The notes beneath the pieces were generated by a model. The model did not search any database. It saw only the letters and a list, made by a program, of their open reading frames with translations, and had not been told where the DNA came from. A program made the position numbers and the translations under genes. Positions 18,634 to 28,360 of a DNA stretch of 64,000 nucleotides are shown piece by piece. The stretch's first letter is position 1; each line of letters begins with the position of its first letter. The stretch comes from Actinomycetes bacterium (lineage in GTDB: Bacteria; Actinomycetota; Thermoleophilia; Solirubrobacterales; Solirubrobacteraceae), in NCBI GenBank assembly GCA_021784895.1, contig JAJYHG010000001.1:18491-82490 (forward strand). Reading direction: 5' to 3'.

Positions 18634-19866
18634 CTACAGGCCCACGTCGTCGAGCTGGAACTGCCCGTCGGCGTAGATCACGCGCTCGGAGCCGTCCCGC
18701 AACGTCGCTGTGACGGTCCGGTCGGTGGTCGAGACGATGTCGGTGTGGATCGCCGACTCGTTGAAGCCCAGGCGCCGCCAGTCCTCCTCGCCGAGCTCGG
18801 AGGGGTCGCCGTCGTAGGCGTCCTGGTAGGCGTTGCCGAGCGCCAGGTGGGTGTTGCCAAATGGCCCGCCGACGTTCTCGTCATAGAGCGTGTCGGCCAT
18901 GAAGCGGTCGATCGGCGACAGGCGCGCGTCGGTGAGCGAGAACTCGCCGACGCGGTCGGCGTTCTCGGTTTCGAGCATCTCGTGCAGCAGGGGCTCGTTC
19001 TCGGCGGCGATCGCACGCGCCACGCGGCCGTGCTCGAACTCGAGCTCGACTCCGGTGATCAGCGAGCCGAACGCATACAGCGGCTCGCTGAAGCGGATCC
19101 AGCCCTCGGTCCCGCGCCAGTCGGGGGAGGTGAAGAGCTCGAAGCTCGGCACGTTCACGCCCACGCCGTCCCGCCACTTGCGCCGCTCGCCCAGGCTCAC
19201 CCAGAGGTCGGCCTCGGGCCCCTCTACGTGCATCCGCTCGATTGGCAGGGCGTTCAGGCGCTCGCGCGTGACATCGATCGTGGCACGCACCTCGCGCCAG
19301 CGGGCGACGGGATCCTCCCGGTCCAGGAAGCAGGCCCGGATGATCTGCTCCCAGTACTCCTCGATCGTCATCTCGGCCTCTGCCGCCATGCCGGGGGTGC
19401 CGTAGGAGGCGATCGTCCAGCTGTACGCGCCGCGATTCTCCTTCTCCTGCTCCCGCTGGCGGACCGGCAGCCAGGCCTTGCCGCGCAGCATCTGCTTGGC
19501 CGGGTCGATGCCGTCGAGCGAGCGTGGTCTGGCAGGGGCGTAGATCACCAGGTCGTGGTCCACCTGGTCGACCACGGCGTTCGCGTACGGCTGGGGCACG
19601 AAGGTGAGCTGCTCGTCTGAAGCGAGCTCCAGGAACGCCCGGCGGACGTCGCCGTAGTCGTCCTCGGAGGGCATGTAGCTGTGGATCACGTGGCCCCCGG
19701 CACGCCAGACCGCCGAGCAAGCCTCGATGTAGAGCGGCTTGCAGGCATCGCAGCCGTGGATCTGGACCACGTCGCCAGCCTTGATCCCGTTGCCCTGGCC
19801 GAGCGCGAACGCGATCAGCAGCCGCCCATAGCGCTCGAGCACCTCCCGTTCCGGCACGAAGCTCAC
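18634..19866 (-). CDS. M29 family aminopeptidase, paralog 2
   Basis: It is collinear with paralog 1 (FELFTSPDWRGTEG, YDENVGGPFGNTHLALG). The start was taken at GTG 19866 (VSFVPEREVLERYG) by alignment with MSYEPSPEILERYG of paralog 1. The longest ORF reaches 19947. Confidence 0.85.
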   Translation of the reverse strand: MSFVPEREVLERYGRLLIAFALGQGNGIKAGDVVQIHGCDACKPLYIEACSAVWRAGGHVIHSYMPSEDDYGDVRRAFLELASDEQLTFVPQPYANAVVDQVDHDLVIYAPARPRSLDGIDPAKQMLRGKAWLPVRQREQEKENRGAYSWTIASYGTPGMAAEAEMTIEEYWEQIIRACFLDREDPVARWREVRATIDVTRERLNALPIERMHVEGPEADLWVSLGERRKWRDGVGVNVPSFELFTSPDWRGTEGWIRFSEPLYAFGSLITGVELEFEHGRVARAIAAENEPLLHEMLETENADRVGEFSLTDARLSPIDRFMADTLYDENVGGPFGNTHLALGNAYQDAYDGDPSELGEEDWRRLGFNESAIHTDIVSTTDRTVTATLRDGSERVIYADGQFQLDDVGL

Positions 19867-20004
19867 GCGCAGAACAATAAACCGGCTGCCGGAGCCATAA
19901 GGTTTTTCGCGAGCGCGCGACGGCTGGTTGTGGGCCCGGCGGGGCAAAGCCGCGTGGGGCGCTGCCGCTGGCCAGCGGGCCAGCGGCAGCGGGCAGGACG
20001 CCCT

Positions 20005-20886
20005 TCACTCGGTCGCAGAGAACTCCCAGATCGCGACGCTCAGCAGCGCGAGGCCGAGCCCCAGCACCACGCCGACCTCGAGCAGCGCCGGCATGCGCCA
20101 GCCCCACCAGGTGATGCCGGGGTCGAGCGCGTGGCGCGCGGCCGCGGAGATGTTGAGGTGGCCGAAGACCAGCCGGCGCATCGGGTCAACCGCGTAGGCG
20201 AGCGGGTCGATGCGGTTCAGCACGGTCAGCCAGGTGGGCAGCCCGGAGGAGGGGAAGAGGGCGCCGGAGATGAAGTACATCGGCATCACGATCATCTGCA
20301 TCACGCCCATGAAGGACTGCATCTGCTTGATGCGGATCGCGACGCTGAGGCCAAAGGCGGTGATCGCGAAGGCGAGCAGCAGCTGCAGGCCGAGCGCCCC
20401 CAGGATCAGGCCGGGCGCGTAGGGGACGCCGACCAGGCCGGCGATCGCGAGCACGATCACGCCCTGGGCGCCGGCCACGGTGGCGCCGCCGAGGCACTTG
20501 CCGATCACGATCGAGCTGCGCCTGACCGGCGCCACCATCATCTCCCGCAGGAAGCCGAACTCGCGGTCCCAGACGATCGACGCGGCGCTGAACATGGCCG
20601 TGAACATCACCGTCATGCAGAGGATGCCCGGATAGATGAAGGTCTTCAGGTCGACCCCGTGGGTGCCGGCGCTCGCCAGCCGCTGCAGGCCGCCGCCGAG
20701 CACGAACAGGAACAGGAACGGCTGTACCAGCGAGGTCACGATCCGCATGCGGTCGTTGAGGAAGCGGATCAGCTCTCGCCGCCAGACGATCTTGATCGCC
20801 CGCAGCTCCGAGCGGGCGCTGCGATGCGGAACCTGGACGCGGACGACGTCGGTGGGGTCAAGCGGCGTGTCGGCAACGGCGGTCAT
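20005..20886 (-). CDS. ABC-2 type exporter permease
   Basis: 293 aa with 6 predicted TM segments. Its start overlaps the upstream ATPase stop by 4 nt. Confidence 0.85.
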   Translation of the reverse strand: MTAVADTPLDPTDVVRVQVPHRSARSELRAIKIVWRRELIRFLNDRMRIVTSLVQPFLFLFVLGGGLQRLASAGTHGVDLKTFIYPGILCMTVMFTAMFSAASIVWDREFGFLREMMVAPVRRSSIVIGKCLGGATVAGAQGVIVLAIAGLVGVPYAPGLILGALGLQLLLAFAITAFGLSVAIRIKQMQSFMGVMQMIVMPMYFISGALFPSSGLPTWLTVLNRIDPLAYAVDPMRRLVFGHLNISAAARHALDPGITWWGWRMPALLEVGVVLGLGLALLSVAIWEFSATE

Positions 20887-21893
20887 CGGCGGCCTCCCAT
20901 CATCTGCATCATCACGCGGTTTCTGAGCTTGGAGGGATCCTCCTCGGCGTCGCGGATGGTCGAGCCGGTGAACGACATGAACACGTCATCGAGCGTCGGC
21001 CGCGACACGCTCACGCCGCTGATCGCGGGCAGATCCGGATTGCGGGTGGGATCAAACTCGGCGAACAGGCGCGGCACGAACTGCTCGCCGGCTTCGATCC
21101 TGAAGCTGACGGCGCCCTCGGAGACCTGGGCCTCGATGCCGAAGCGTGCGTGCAGGGCGGCGATCGCTGAGTCGTTGTCGGCGGTCTGGATCGTGACCCG
21201 GTCGGCGCCAACGCCGGCCTTGAGCCGCTCGGGCGTGTCGAGCGCGACGATCTGGCCCTGGTCCATGATCGCGATCCGGTCACACCACTCGGCCTCATCC
21301 ATGTAGTGGGTGGTCATGAAGATCGTGATCTCCTCGCGCTCCTGCAGCTGGCGGATGTAGTCCCAGATCGACCGCCGTGTCTGCGGGTCAAGGCCGATCG
21401 TCGGCTCGTCGAGGAACAGCACGCGCGGGGAGTGCATCAGCCCGCGGGCGATCTCGAGCCGCCGGCGCATGCCGCCCGAGAACGACAGCACCTGGCCGTC
21501 CTTGCGATCCCAGAGCCCGACCATTGTCAGCACCTGCTCCATGCGCGGCGCGACCAGGGCGGGCGGCACGCCGTAGAGCTCGGCGTGGAGCTTGAGGTTC
21601 TGGGCGGCGGTGAGGTAGCCGTCGAGCGTTGGATCCTGGAAGACCAGGCCAATGTTGCGCCGTACGTCGTCGCGCTCCCTGACCACATCATGTCCGGCGA
21701 CGCGGGCCTCGCCGGAGGTCGGCGTCAGCAGGGTGCAGAGCATGTTGATGGTAGTGCTCTTGCCCGCGCCGTTGGGACCGAGGAAGCCGAAGACCTCCCC
21801 GGTCCCAACCTCGAAGCTGACGCCCTTGACCGCCTCAAAGTCGCCGAACTGCTTGCGCAGGCTTCTGACCGTGATCGCCTGGGAGTCGCTCAT
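20883..21893 (-). CDS. ABC exporter ATP-binding protein (DrrA-like)
   Basis: Walker A GPNGAGKSTT, signature FSGGMRRRLEIA and Walker B LFLDEPTIGLD are present. The start was taken at ATG 21893 (MSDSQAITVRSL). Confidence 0.9.
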   Translation of the reverse strand: MSDSQAITVRSLRKQFGDFEAVKGVSFEVGTGEVFGFLGPNGAGKSTTINMLCTLLTPTSGEARVAGHDVVRERDDVRRNIGLVFQDPTLDGYLTAAQNLKLHAELYGVPPALVAPRMEQVLTMVGLWDRKDGQVLSFSGGMRRRLEIARGLMHSPRVLFLDEPTIGLDPQTRRSIWDYIRQLQEREEITIFMTTHYMDEAEWCDRIAIMDQGQIVALDTPERLKAGVGADRVTIQTADNDSAIAALHARFGIEAQVSEGAVSFRIEAGEQFVPRLFAEFDPTRNPDLPAISGVSVSRPTLDDVFMSFTGSTIRDAEEDPSKLRNRVMMQMMGGRR

Positions 21894-21990
21894 GACAGAC
21901 AGCTTAGGGCTCGCCTCGGGCCTGGCGGCTGGGCTGGGGGGCGGGCCGTGCTCGTGGCCGTCGCCGCGCTGCGGCAGGTGGGGGTTGGGC

Positions 21991-22620
21991 TCACTCGTCG
22001 CCTGCCAGCAGGCGGTAGAGCTTGCGCCGCGCCTCGTCGAGGATCTCGAGCGCTGCCTCCGCCTGCTCGGGGGTGCCGTCGTGGAGCGCATGGGCCGCGG
22101 CGCGCGCGAGCCCTCTGATGCTGTGGTGGAGCCGGTGGGCTGGGTGGCCGTGCTCGCCCGGGCCGAGCTCCCAGGGTGGACGGTGCTCGCCGTGCTCGCT
22201 TAGGTGCGCGCGGCCTGAGTCAGTGAGCTCGAAGGCGCGGCCTGACTCGCCCTCGGTGTTGGCGGCCCGGATCAGGCCCTCGTCCTCGAGTTGCTGGAGG
22301 GCGGGGTAAACCGAGCCCGGGCTCGGGCGCCAGCGGCCGTCGCTGCGCTGTTCGAGCCCCTGCATCAGCTGGTAGCCGTTGAGCGGGCCCTCGAGCGAGA
22401 GCAGCATCAGCAGCGCGAGTCTCACGTCGCCGCGGCGGCGGCGGCCGGAGCCTGGGCCTGAGCCTGGTCCGCGCGGGCCAACGCCGCGAGGACCACCGGG
22501 CCCGAACCCGCGCGGGCCCAGGCCGAAGCCGCCGGGGCCGAAGCCGCAGCGGCCGCGCATGCTGCGGGATTCGCCCTCGCCCTCGCCCTCGTCCTTGTAG
22601 AAGAAGCGTTCGTCTCTCAT
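21991..22620 (-). CDS. PadR family transcriptional regulator with Gly/Pro/Arg-rich N-terminal region
   Basis: The winged-helix core reads LLMLLSLEGPLNGYQLMQGLEQRSDGRWRPSPGSVYPALQQLEDEGLI. It lies upstream of, and is co-oriented with, the ABC exporter pair. Confidence 0.88.
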   Translation of the reverse strand: MRDERFFYKDEGEGEGESRSMRGRCGFGPGGFGLGPRGFGPGGPRGVGPRGPGSGPGSGRRRRGDVRLALLMLLSLEGPLNGYQLMQGLEQRSDGRWRPSPGSVYPALQQLEDEGLIRAANTEGESGRAFELTDSGRAHLSEHGEHRPPWELGPGEHGHPAHRLHHSIRGLARAAAHALHDGTPEQAEAALEILDEARRKLYRLLAGDE

Positions 22621-22667
22621 GGTGTCGTGTCCTTCGTGGGGTGGTGCCGTTCTATCCAGACACTAAA

Positions 22668-22677
22668 CGATATATCG
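22668..22677. promoter_or_regulatory. perfect 10-bp palindrome cgatatatcg in an AT-rich patch about 50 bp upstream of padR; candidate operator
   Basis: Read directly from the sequence. It is followed by the direct repeat atcggtatcggt. Function is inferred only. Confidence 0.3.
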
Positions 22678-22771
22678 GTATCGGTCGTTAGTCAAGGCCG
22701 GACGCTGCGAGGGAGGCGTTAGCGTCCGTAGGGGACGAAAACCCCTCCCTCGCGGTGTCCGTGTCTCAATT

Positions 22772-22799
22772 CATCCGGCATCCGGCATCCGGCATCCGG
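22772..22799. repeat. 4 perfect tandem copies of the heptamer CATCCGG
   Basis: Read directly from the sequence, in the divergent intergenic region between padR and the phasin-like gene. Confidence 0.9.
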
Positions 22800-22804
22800 C
22801 GTGG

Positions 22805-22842
22805 CTGTGGCCGCGCCGAGCCGGGGCGCCTGGCGGCCACAG
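22805..22842. promoter_or_regulatory. 10-bp perfect inverted repeat (ctgtggccgc / gcggccacag) with an 18-nt loop
   Basis: Read directly from the sequence. It lies about 45 nt upstream of ATG 22888 and is followed by the direct repeat gggtacgatc x2 (22856-22865, 22871-22880). Confidence 0.4.
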
Positions 22843-22887
22843 GCAATCGCGGATTGGGTACGATCTGACCGGGTACGATCGGTGTTA

Positions 22888-23286
22888 ATGAACGGCGACC
22901 ACGACGGCATCCGCGCCCGCTTCACCCTGCAGGGGGAGGAGACACTTGGCCGTCTTGCACAGGATCTGTTGCGAAGCCCGCTGGTGAGCGGCACGCTGAC
23001 CGCGGCATTTGAAGCGCGCGAGCGAGCCAGCCGCGCGCAGGAGCTCGCGATGAGTGCGCTCAACCTCCCGTCGGCCGCTGACCTGGAGCGCCTGACGCGC
23101 CGCCTGCGCTCAGTGTCCCAGCGCCTCGAGGGGCTCGAGGAGGGGCTCGAGCGGATCTCAGAGCAGATCGAGCGGCCGCGCGAGGTCGTGGAGTTCGACG
23201 GACGCCTGGAGAAGCTGGAAAAGCGCCTCGCCTCGATCGACCGCGCGCTGGTGCGGATCGACAAGAAGCTTGGCGCCAGCAGCTGA
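22888..23286 (+). CDS. coiled-coil protein with phasin/PhaE-like motif
   Basis: The motif LNLPSAADLERLTRRLRSVSQRLEGLEEGLERI resembles the NLPxxxDxxxLxxRxxxLExRL motif of PHA-granule-associated proteins. The start was taken at ATG 22888. Confidence 0.5.
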   Translation: MNGDHDGIRARFTLQGEETLGRLAQDLLRSPLVSGTLTAAFEARERASRAQELAMSALNLPSAADLERLTRRLRSVSQRLEGLEEGLERISEQIERPREVVEFDGRLEKLEKRLASIDRALVRIDKKLGASS

Positions 23287-23346
23287 AGACCTCACCCGGC
23301 GCCGCTGGAGGGTCTCGCTCGCTCGCTCGTTCGCTCGCCCGGCCGC

Positions 23347-24063
23347 CTATGGCGCGCCGGTGAGCGCCGCGACCGCCAGCGCTCCCAGGCGCAGCTCCGC
23401 AGTCTCGAGCTCGTCTGGGGTGATGTAAGCGGAGTCGCCAAGGAGGTTGGAAACGAGCAGCGCGCATCCCGCCGCGACGCCCGCGCGGGCCGCGACGGTG
23501 AAGATCGCCGCCGTCTCCATCTCCACGACCAGGGCGCCGGTCGCGCGCCAGGCCGCGACCCGCTCCTGCGCCCCATAGAAGAGGTCGCTGGAGACCGCGG
23601 CTCCGACGATCGCTGGAGGCGTGGCGGCTGCGCCCGCCGCAAGCAGCGGCTCGAGCACGTCGGTGCCGGGTGCCGGCACCCGCGCGAGCGGGGCGTGGCC
23701 GCCGAGCGCGATGCTCGTGCCGTCGTCGGCGACCGCTGCCGTGGCGACCACGAGCTGTCCCAGCGCGAGCGAGTCCTGGAGCGCGCCGCAGGTGCCGATC
23801 CGCAACAGCCGCCGCGCACCGAGCTCAATCAGCTCAGTGGCCACGATCGCCGCGCTGGGTCCGCCCATCCCCGTGCTCTGGATGCTCAGCGCCAGGCCGT
23901 CCGGCGCCACACCGGTGTATCCCCAGAGGCCGCGGTTGTGGTTGAGCATCCGGGGTGACTTGAGCAGCGCCTGCGCGAGCCGCAGCGCACGGCCCGGGTC
24001 GCCGGGGAGCAGCACGCGGTCGGCCAGCTCGGCCGTCTGGCGGATGTGGGTCAGGTCTCGCAC
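23347..24063 (-). CDS. nucleoside phosphorylase (PNP/UDP family 1, DeoD/Udp-like)
   Basis: 238 aa. Family-like segments are VLLPGDPGRA, STGMGGPSAAIVATELIELGARRLLRIGTCGAL and VEMETAAIF. Confidence 0.85.
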   Translation of the reverse strand: MRDLTHIRQTAELADRVLLPGDPGRALRLAQALLKSPRMLNHNRGLWGYTGVAPDGLALSIQSTGMGGPSAAIVATELIELGARRLLRIGTCGALQDSLALGQLVVATAAVADDGTSIALGGHAPLARVPAPGTDVLEPLLAAGAAATPPAIVGAAVSSDLFYGAQERVAAWRATGALVVEMETAAIFTVAARAGVAAGCALLVSNLLGDSAYITPDELETAELRLGALAVAALTGAP

Positions 24064-24184
24064 CGGCAGCGAGCGTATAGGTCTTCTGCCGGCCGGGCAT
24101 CATCCATAGACTCGGGCGCGAGGCGATGCCAATGAAGCGGAGCGGGATGCCACAGGCGGGATCAGGAATGGGTGTACGCCGCTG

Positions 24185-25156
24185 ATGCCGGGCGTCGCCG
24201 AGACGATCCTCGCCGGTGTGCGCGCCGACGGCCTGCTCTCCCCGGGCCAGCCCGTGGTCGTGATGCTCTCCGGTGGGCGTGACTCGACTTGCCTGCTCGA
24301 CGCGGCCGTAGCCGTGGCCGGCGCCGACGCCGTCGCGGCGTTGCACGTCAACTACGGCCTGCGCGCCGAGGCCGAGGACGATGAGCGCCACTGCCGCGAG
24401 CTCTGTGCCGCCATGGGTGTGGAGCTCACGGTGCGCCGTGCCGGTGGCGAGCGCCCAGCGTCGGGGAACGTCCAGGATTGGGCGCGACGGGTGCGCTACG
24501 CAGCCGCCGCCGCGCTCGCCGCTGCGCGCGCGGCGGACATAGCTGCCGGACACACCGCCACCGACCAGGTCGAGACGATCCTCTACCGGATCGCGTCGTC
24601 ACCCAGTCGCCGGGCGCTGCTTGGCATGAGCCCGCGCGACGGGGCGCTGATCCGGCCTCTGCTCGCCTTCACACGCGAGCAGACGGGCGCCTACTGCCAG
24701 GACCGCGGCCTGGCTTGGCGTGAGGATGAGTCCAACGCCAGCGACGCATACGCGCGCAGCCGCATCCGCCACCGGCTGGTCCCGGCGCTGCGCCAGGTCC
24801 ATCCGGGCGCGGAGCGCAACGTGCTGATGCTCGCCGAACGTCTGCGCGACGAGGCCGAGGTGCTGGACGCGCTGGTGGAGCGTGAGCTGGGCGGCAGGGC
24901 TGAGATCGAGCTCAAGCAGCTGCGGGCGCTTGCACCGGCGATCGCACGCCTGATCGTGCAGCGGCTGGCGGATGGCGTCGGCGGCCGCCCCACTCCAGGG
25001 GCCGCGCGGCGCCTGGATGAGATCCTGGCGCTGCGCGAGGTGGGCGTAATGCACCTCGATCTGCCGGGGGGCGTCCGCGCGACAGTCGCCAGCGGCCTGC
25101 TCAGCTTCAGCAGCACGCCACCACCGCGGACGCCGCGTACGGCCGCAGACCCATAG
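24185..25156 (+). CDS. tilS: tRNA(Ile)-lysidine synthetase
   Basis: The PP-loop reads VVVMLSGGRDSTCLL. The gene is followed by hpt and ftsH, the conserved order. Confidence 0.9.
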   Translation: MPGVAETILAGVRADGLLSPGQPVVVMLSGGRDSTCLLDAAVAVAGADAVAALHVNYGLRAEAEDDERHCRELCAAMGVELTVRRAGGERPASGNVQDWARRVRYAAAAALAAARAADIAAGHTATDQVETILYRIASSPSRRALLGMSPRDGALIRPLLAFTREQTGAYCQDRGLAWREDESNASDAYARSRIRHRLVPALRQVHPGAERNVLMLAERLRDEAEVLDALVERELGGRAEIELKQLRALAPAIARLIVQRLADGVGGRPTPGAARRLDEILALREVGVMHLDLPGGVRATVASGLLSFSSTPPPRTPRTAADP

Positions 25157-25334
25157 ACTTGAGCACAGTGGCGAACGACACTGAGGGCTCACGACTCAAT
25201 TGCTGGGCGGTTTGGCGGCGTCTGGACGCGCCTGGATGCCGCCCTCGGGAATCGCCGATGCGCTGCATCGACTCATCCCGCGTGCGGCCCCAGCCACGCC
25301 CAGTCACGCGCCAAACCACTCCACTAATTTCCTC

Positions 25335-25859
25335 GTGAGCCCCAACCTGGGTGAGGTACTGGTCGGCCCCGACGAGCTCAAGCGCCGTGTGCGGGAGCTC
25401 GCCGAGGCTGTGACGGCCGACTATGCCGGCAAGGATCTGCTGCTGATCGGCGTCCTCAAGGGGGCGATCTTCTTCCTCGCCGACTTCATGCGTGAGCTCG
25501 ACCTCGACTGCGAGGTGGACTTCATGGCGATCTCCTCCTACGGCTCCTCGACCAGGTCCTCTGGTGTGGTGAGAATCCTGAAGGACCTGGACGCGGCCAT
25601 TGAGGGCCGCCATGTCCTGATCGTCGAGGACATCGTCGACTCTGGCCTCACCCTCCAGTACCTGCTCCGCAACCTCGCGGGCCGCAAACCCGAGTCGCTC
25701 GAGGTCTGCGCGCTGCTGCTCAAGCCCTCCAACAGCCAGGTCCCGCTCACGCCGCGGTACGTGGGCTTTGAGATTCCGGACCGGTTTGTGGTCGGATACG
25801 GCCTCGACCATGCAGAGCGCTACCGCGCTCTGCCCTATGTGGCCGCGCTCGACGAGTAG
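25335..25859 (+). CDS. hpt: hypoxanthine phosphoribosyltransferase
   Basis: Family motifs are LLLIGVLKGAIFFLADFMREL and the PRPP motif VLIVEDIVDSGLT. The start is uncertain: GTG 25335 was chosen by length, and the ORF is open from 25200. Confidence 0.88.
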   Translation: MSPNLGEVLVGPDELKRRVRELAEAVTADYAGKDLLLIGVLKGAIFFLADFMRELDLDCEVDFMAISSYGSSTRSSGVVRILKDLDAAIEGRHVLIVEDIVDSGLTLQYLLRNLAGRKPESLEVCALLLKPSNSQVPLTPRYVGFEIPDRFVVGYGLDHAERYRALPYVAALDE

Positions 25860-25963
25860 CCTTGCCGATCGGGCCGGTGTGGCCGTGATGCTACCCTTGG
25901 CCTTTCCCCGCCTGCGCGCCGCATGAGCCCATCGGCGGCAAACAGAAGTGAGGCATTCAAGCC

Positions 25964-27901
25964 ATGAGCCGTTTCTTTAAGAGCGCCGCCTTCCCGATCC
26001 TGATCGTCGTGGTGCTCGCCTTCTTTGCCTCCAGGCTCCTGCAGACGACCAGCACCCAGCCGGCGCCGTCCTTCGGGCAGACGATGAACCTGATCAACAG
26101 TGGTGGCGTGCGCAGCGTCAACCTCGATCAGCGCGACAACAGCATGTCGGTCGTCACCAAGGAGGGCCTGAAGTACACGACCGGCTACCCCAACAACTAC
26201 GTCTCGACGATCATCCACGACGTCCAGCTCCACGAGGGCGGCGCCGCGCTTCAGGTTCAGGACACCGCCACCAGCGGCTGGCTCTCGCTGCTGACCTACT
26301 TGCTTCCGTTCGTGTTCTTCATCGGCATCTGGCTGTTCTTGATGAACCAGGTCCAGGGCGGGGGCTCGAAGGTGATGTCCTTTGGCAAGTCCCGCGCCAA
26401 GCGCATGTCCGTCGACTCGCCGAAGATCACCTTCCGTGACGTAGCCGGTGTCGACGAGGCCGTCGAGGAGCTGCACGAGATCAAGGAGTTCCTCGAGAAC
26501 CCGAAGAAGTTTCAGGCGCTGGGGGCACGGATCCCCAAAGGCGTGCTGCTCTACGGGCCTCCGGGCACCGGTAAGACGCTGCTCGCCCGGGCCGTGGCCG
26601 GCGAGGCCGGCGTGCCGTTCTTCTCGATCTCGGGCTCTGACTTCGTGGAGATGTTCGTCGGCGTCGGCGCATCGCGCGTGCGCGACCTGTTCGAGCAGGC
26701 CAAGCAGAACTCTCCCTGCATCATCTTCATGGACGAGATCGACGCTGTCGGCCGCCACCGCGGCGCCGGCCTCGGCGGCGGCCACGACGAGCGCGAGCAG
26801 ACGCTCAACCAGCTGCTGGTCGAGATGGACGGCTTCGAGATGAAGGACAACATCATCCTGATCGCCGCGACCAACCGCCCTGACATCCTCGACCCTGCGC
26901 TCCTGCGCCCCGGCCGCTTCGACCGCCAGATCGTGGTCGACCGGCCTGACCGCACGGGCCGCAAGAAGATCCTCGAGGTCCACACCCGCGGCAAGCCGCT
27001 TGCGCGTGAGATCGATGTCGACGCGCTCGCCGGCCAGACCCCCGGTTTCACGGGGGCCGATCTCTCCAACCTCGTCAACGAAGCCGCCCTGCTCGCCGCC
27101 CGCAGCGGCAAGCGCGAGATCACCCAGCTCGAGCTCGAAGAGGGCATCATGCGCGTGATTGCGGGCCCCGAGAAGAAGACCAGGGTGATGGGCGAGAAGG
27201 AGCGGCGGGTCACAGCCTTCCACGAGATGGGTCACGCGATCGTCGGCCACTACCTGCCAAACAGCGATCCGATCCACAAGATCTCGGTGATCTCCCGCGG
27301 CCAGGCGCTCGGCTACACGATCTCGCTGCCAGGTGAGGACAAGTTCCTGACCACACGCGCCGAGCTGCTCGACACGATGGCGATGACGCTCGGCGGCCGG
27401 GCCGCCGAGGAGCTCGTCTTCGGAGAGATCACGACCGGTGCCTCCAATGACCTGGAGAAGGTGACGGCCACCGCCAAACAGATGGTGATGCGCTTCGGCA
27501 TGTCCGAAAAGCTGGGACCGCGAGTCTTCGGCCATGACCACGGCCAGCCTTTCCTGGGCCGTGAGTTCAGTGCCGAACCCGACTACTCGGACGAGATCGC
27601 ACGTGAGATCGACCTCGAAATCCGGCGCATCGTTGAGTCCGCGCACACGGTTGCGCGCGACATCCTCACCGGCCATCGGGAGGCGCTCGACCGGATCTCC
27701 GAGATCCTGCTCAAGCGTGAGACGATTGAGCGCGAGCAGTTTGTCGCGCTGCTTGGCGGCGAGACCGAAGAGCAGGTCTTTGGCGCTGAGGCACCACCGC
27801 CGCCCCAGCTGCCGATGCCTCCAGCCGCGCCCGAGCGCAGCAGTGGTGAGAGCCCGAAGCTCTTCCCGCGCCCCGGTTACGCCGGCGGCACCGCTGAGTA
27901 G
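25964..27901 (+). CDS. ftsH: ATP-dependent zinc metalloprotease FtsH
   Basis: Walker [19 protein letters not shown], the SRH region and the zinc motif HEMGHAIV are present. There are two N-terminal TM segments. Confidence 0.97.
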   Translation: MSRFFKSAAFPILIVVVLAFFASRLLQTTSTQPAPSFGQTMNLINSGGVRSVNLDQRDNSMSVVTKEGLKYTTGYPNNYVSTIIHDVQLHEGGAALQVQDTATSGWLSLLTYLLPFVFFIGIWLFLMNQVQGGGSKVMSFGKSRAKRMSVDSPKITFRDVAGVDEAVEELHEIKEFLENPKKFQALGARIPKGVLLYGPPGTGKTLLARAVAGEAGVPFFSISGSDFVEMFVGVGASRVRDLFEQAKQNSPCIIFMDEIDAVGRHRGAGLGGGHDEREQTLNQLLVEMDGFEMKDNIILIAATNRPDILDPALLRPGRFDRQIVVDRPDRTGRKKILEVHTRGKPLAREIDVDALAGQTPGFTGADLSNLVNEAALLAARSGKREITQLELEEGIMRVIAGPEKKTRVMGEKERRVTAFHEMGHAIVGHYLPNSDPIHKISVISRGQALGYTISLPGEDKFLTTRAELLDTMAMTLGGRAAEELVFGEITTGASNDLEKVTATAKQMVMRFGMSEKLGPRVFGHDHGQPFLGREFSAEPDYSDEIAREIDLEIRRIVESAHTVARDILTGHREALDRISEILLKRETIEREQFVALLGGETEEQVFGAEAPPPPQLPMPPAAPERSSGESPKLFPRPGYAGGTAE

Positions 27902-27996
27902 GAAGCGACGAGCAGGCGGTGCCGGACCAGCGGCGGGGCCACGGAGCCCGACGCGGTAACGTTGGACGAGTGCGGTACAGCTCAGCCCTAGGTCTC

Positions 27997-28335
27997 ATGG
28001 TCCCGCGGCGCAGGCCGCGCCCCGGGCCGCTGGTGCTGGCGATCAGGTGGGGCCTGCCGCTCGCGTTCGTCATTCTCGGCCTCGTCCTGCTGATCATGGC
28101 CCACTTTCACCTCACCGGCGTCCAGGACAACGCCGCCGAGGCGAACGTGTTCACGACGACCAGGCTGAGTCACGACTCGCTGCTTTCGACGATCGGCGTG
28201 GCCTCGATCGTCGTGGCGATGATGGTCGCGCTGCTCAACTGGATGCTGCGGCTCAACTCCGATGAGGCCGAGGACCGCGCCGAGGAGGAGGACGCGCGCG
28301 CGTACTTTCGCCGCAACGGGCGCTGGCCCGACTGA
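27997..28335 (+). CDS. small membrane protein (2 TM), hypothetical
   Basis: It has two hydrophobic segments (LPLAFVILGLVLLIMA and IGVASIVVAMMVALLNWML) and an acidic tail. The start is uncertain. Confidence 0.5.
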   Translation: MVPRRRPRPGPLVLAIRWGLPLAFVILGLVLLIMAHFHLTGVQDNAAEANVFTTTRLSHDSLLSTIGVASIVVAMMVALLNWMLRLNSDEAEDRAEEEDARAYFRRNGRWPD

Positions 28336-28360
28336 CTCAGAGCGAGCCAGAGCGCACACG

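Noticed and set aside
19681-21306. A 541-aa plus-strand ORF.
   Set aside because: It is antisense to the M29 paralog 2 N-terminus and the ABC-2 permease/ATPase pair. It is low in complexity (R/G/A/D/H-rich).
21991-22620. The Gly/Pro/Arg-rich N-terminal region of PadR as something unusual.
   Set aside because: Similar G/R/P-rich N-terminal tails are common in actinobacterial PadR-family proteins as far as I recall, so I do not treat it as novel.
25835-27676. A 613-aa minus-strand ORF.
   Set aside because: It is antisense to ftsH, whose plus-strand frame is unambiguous.
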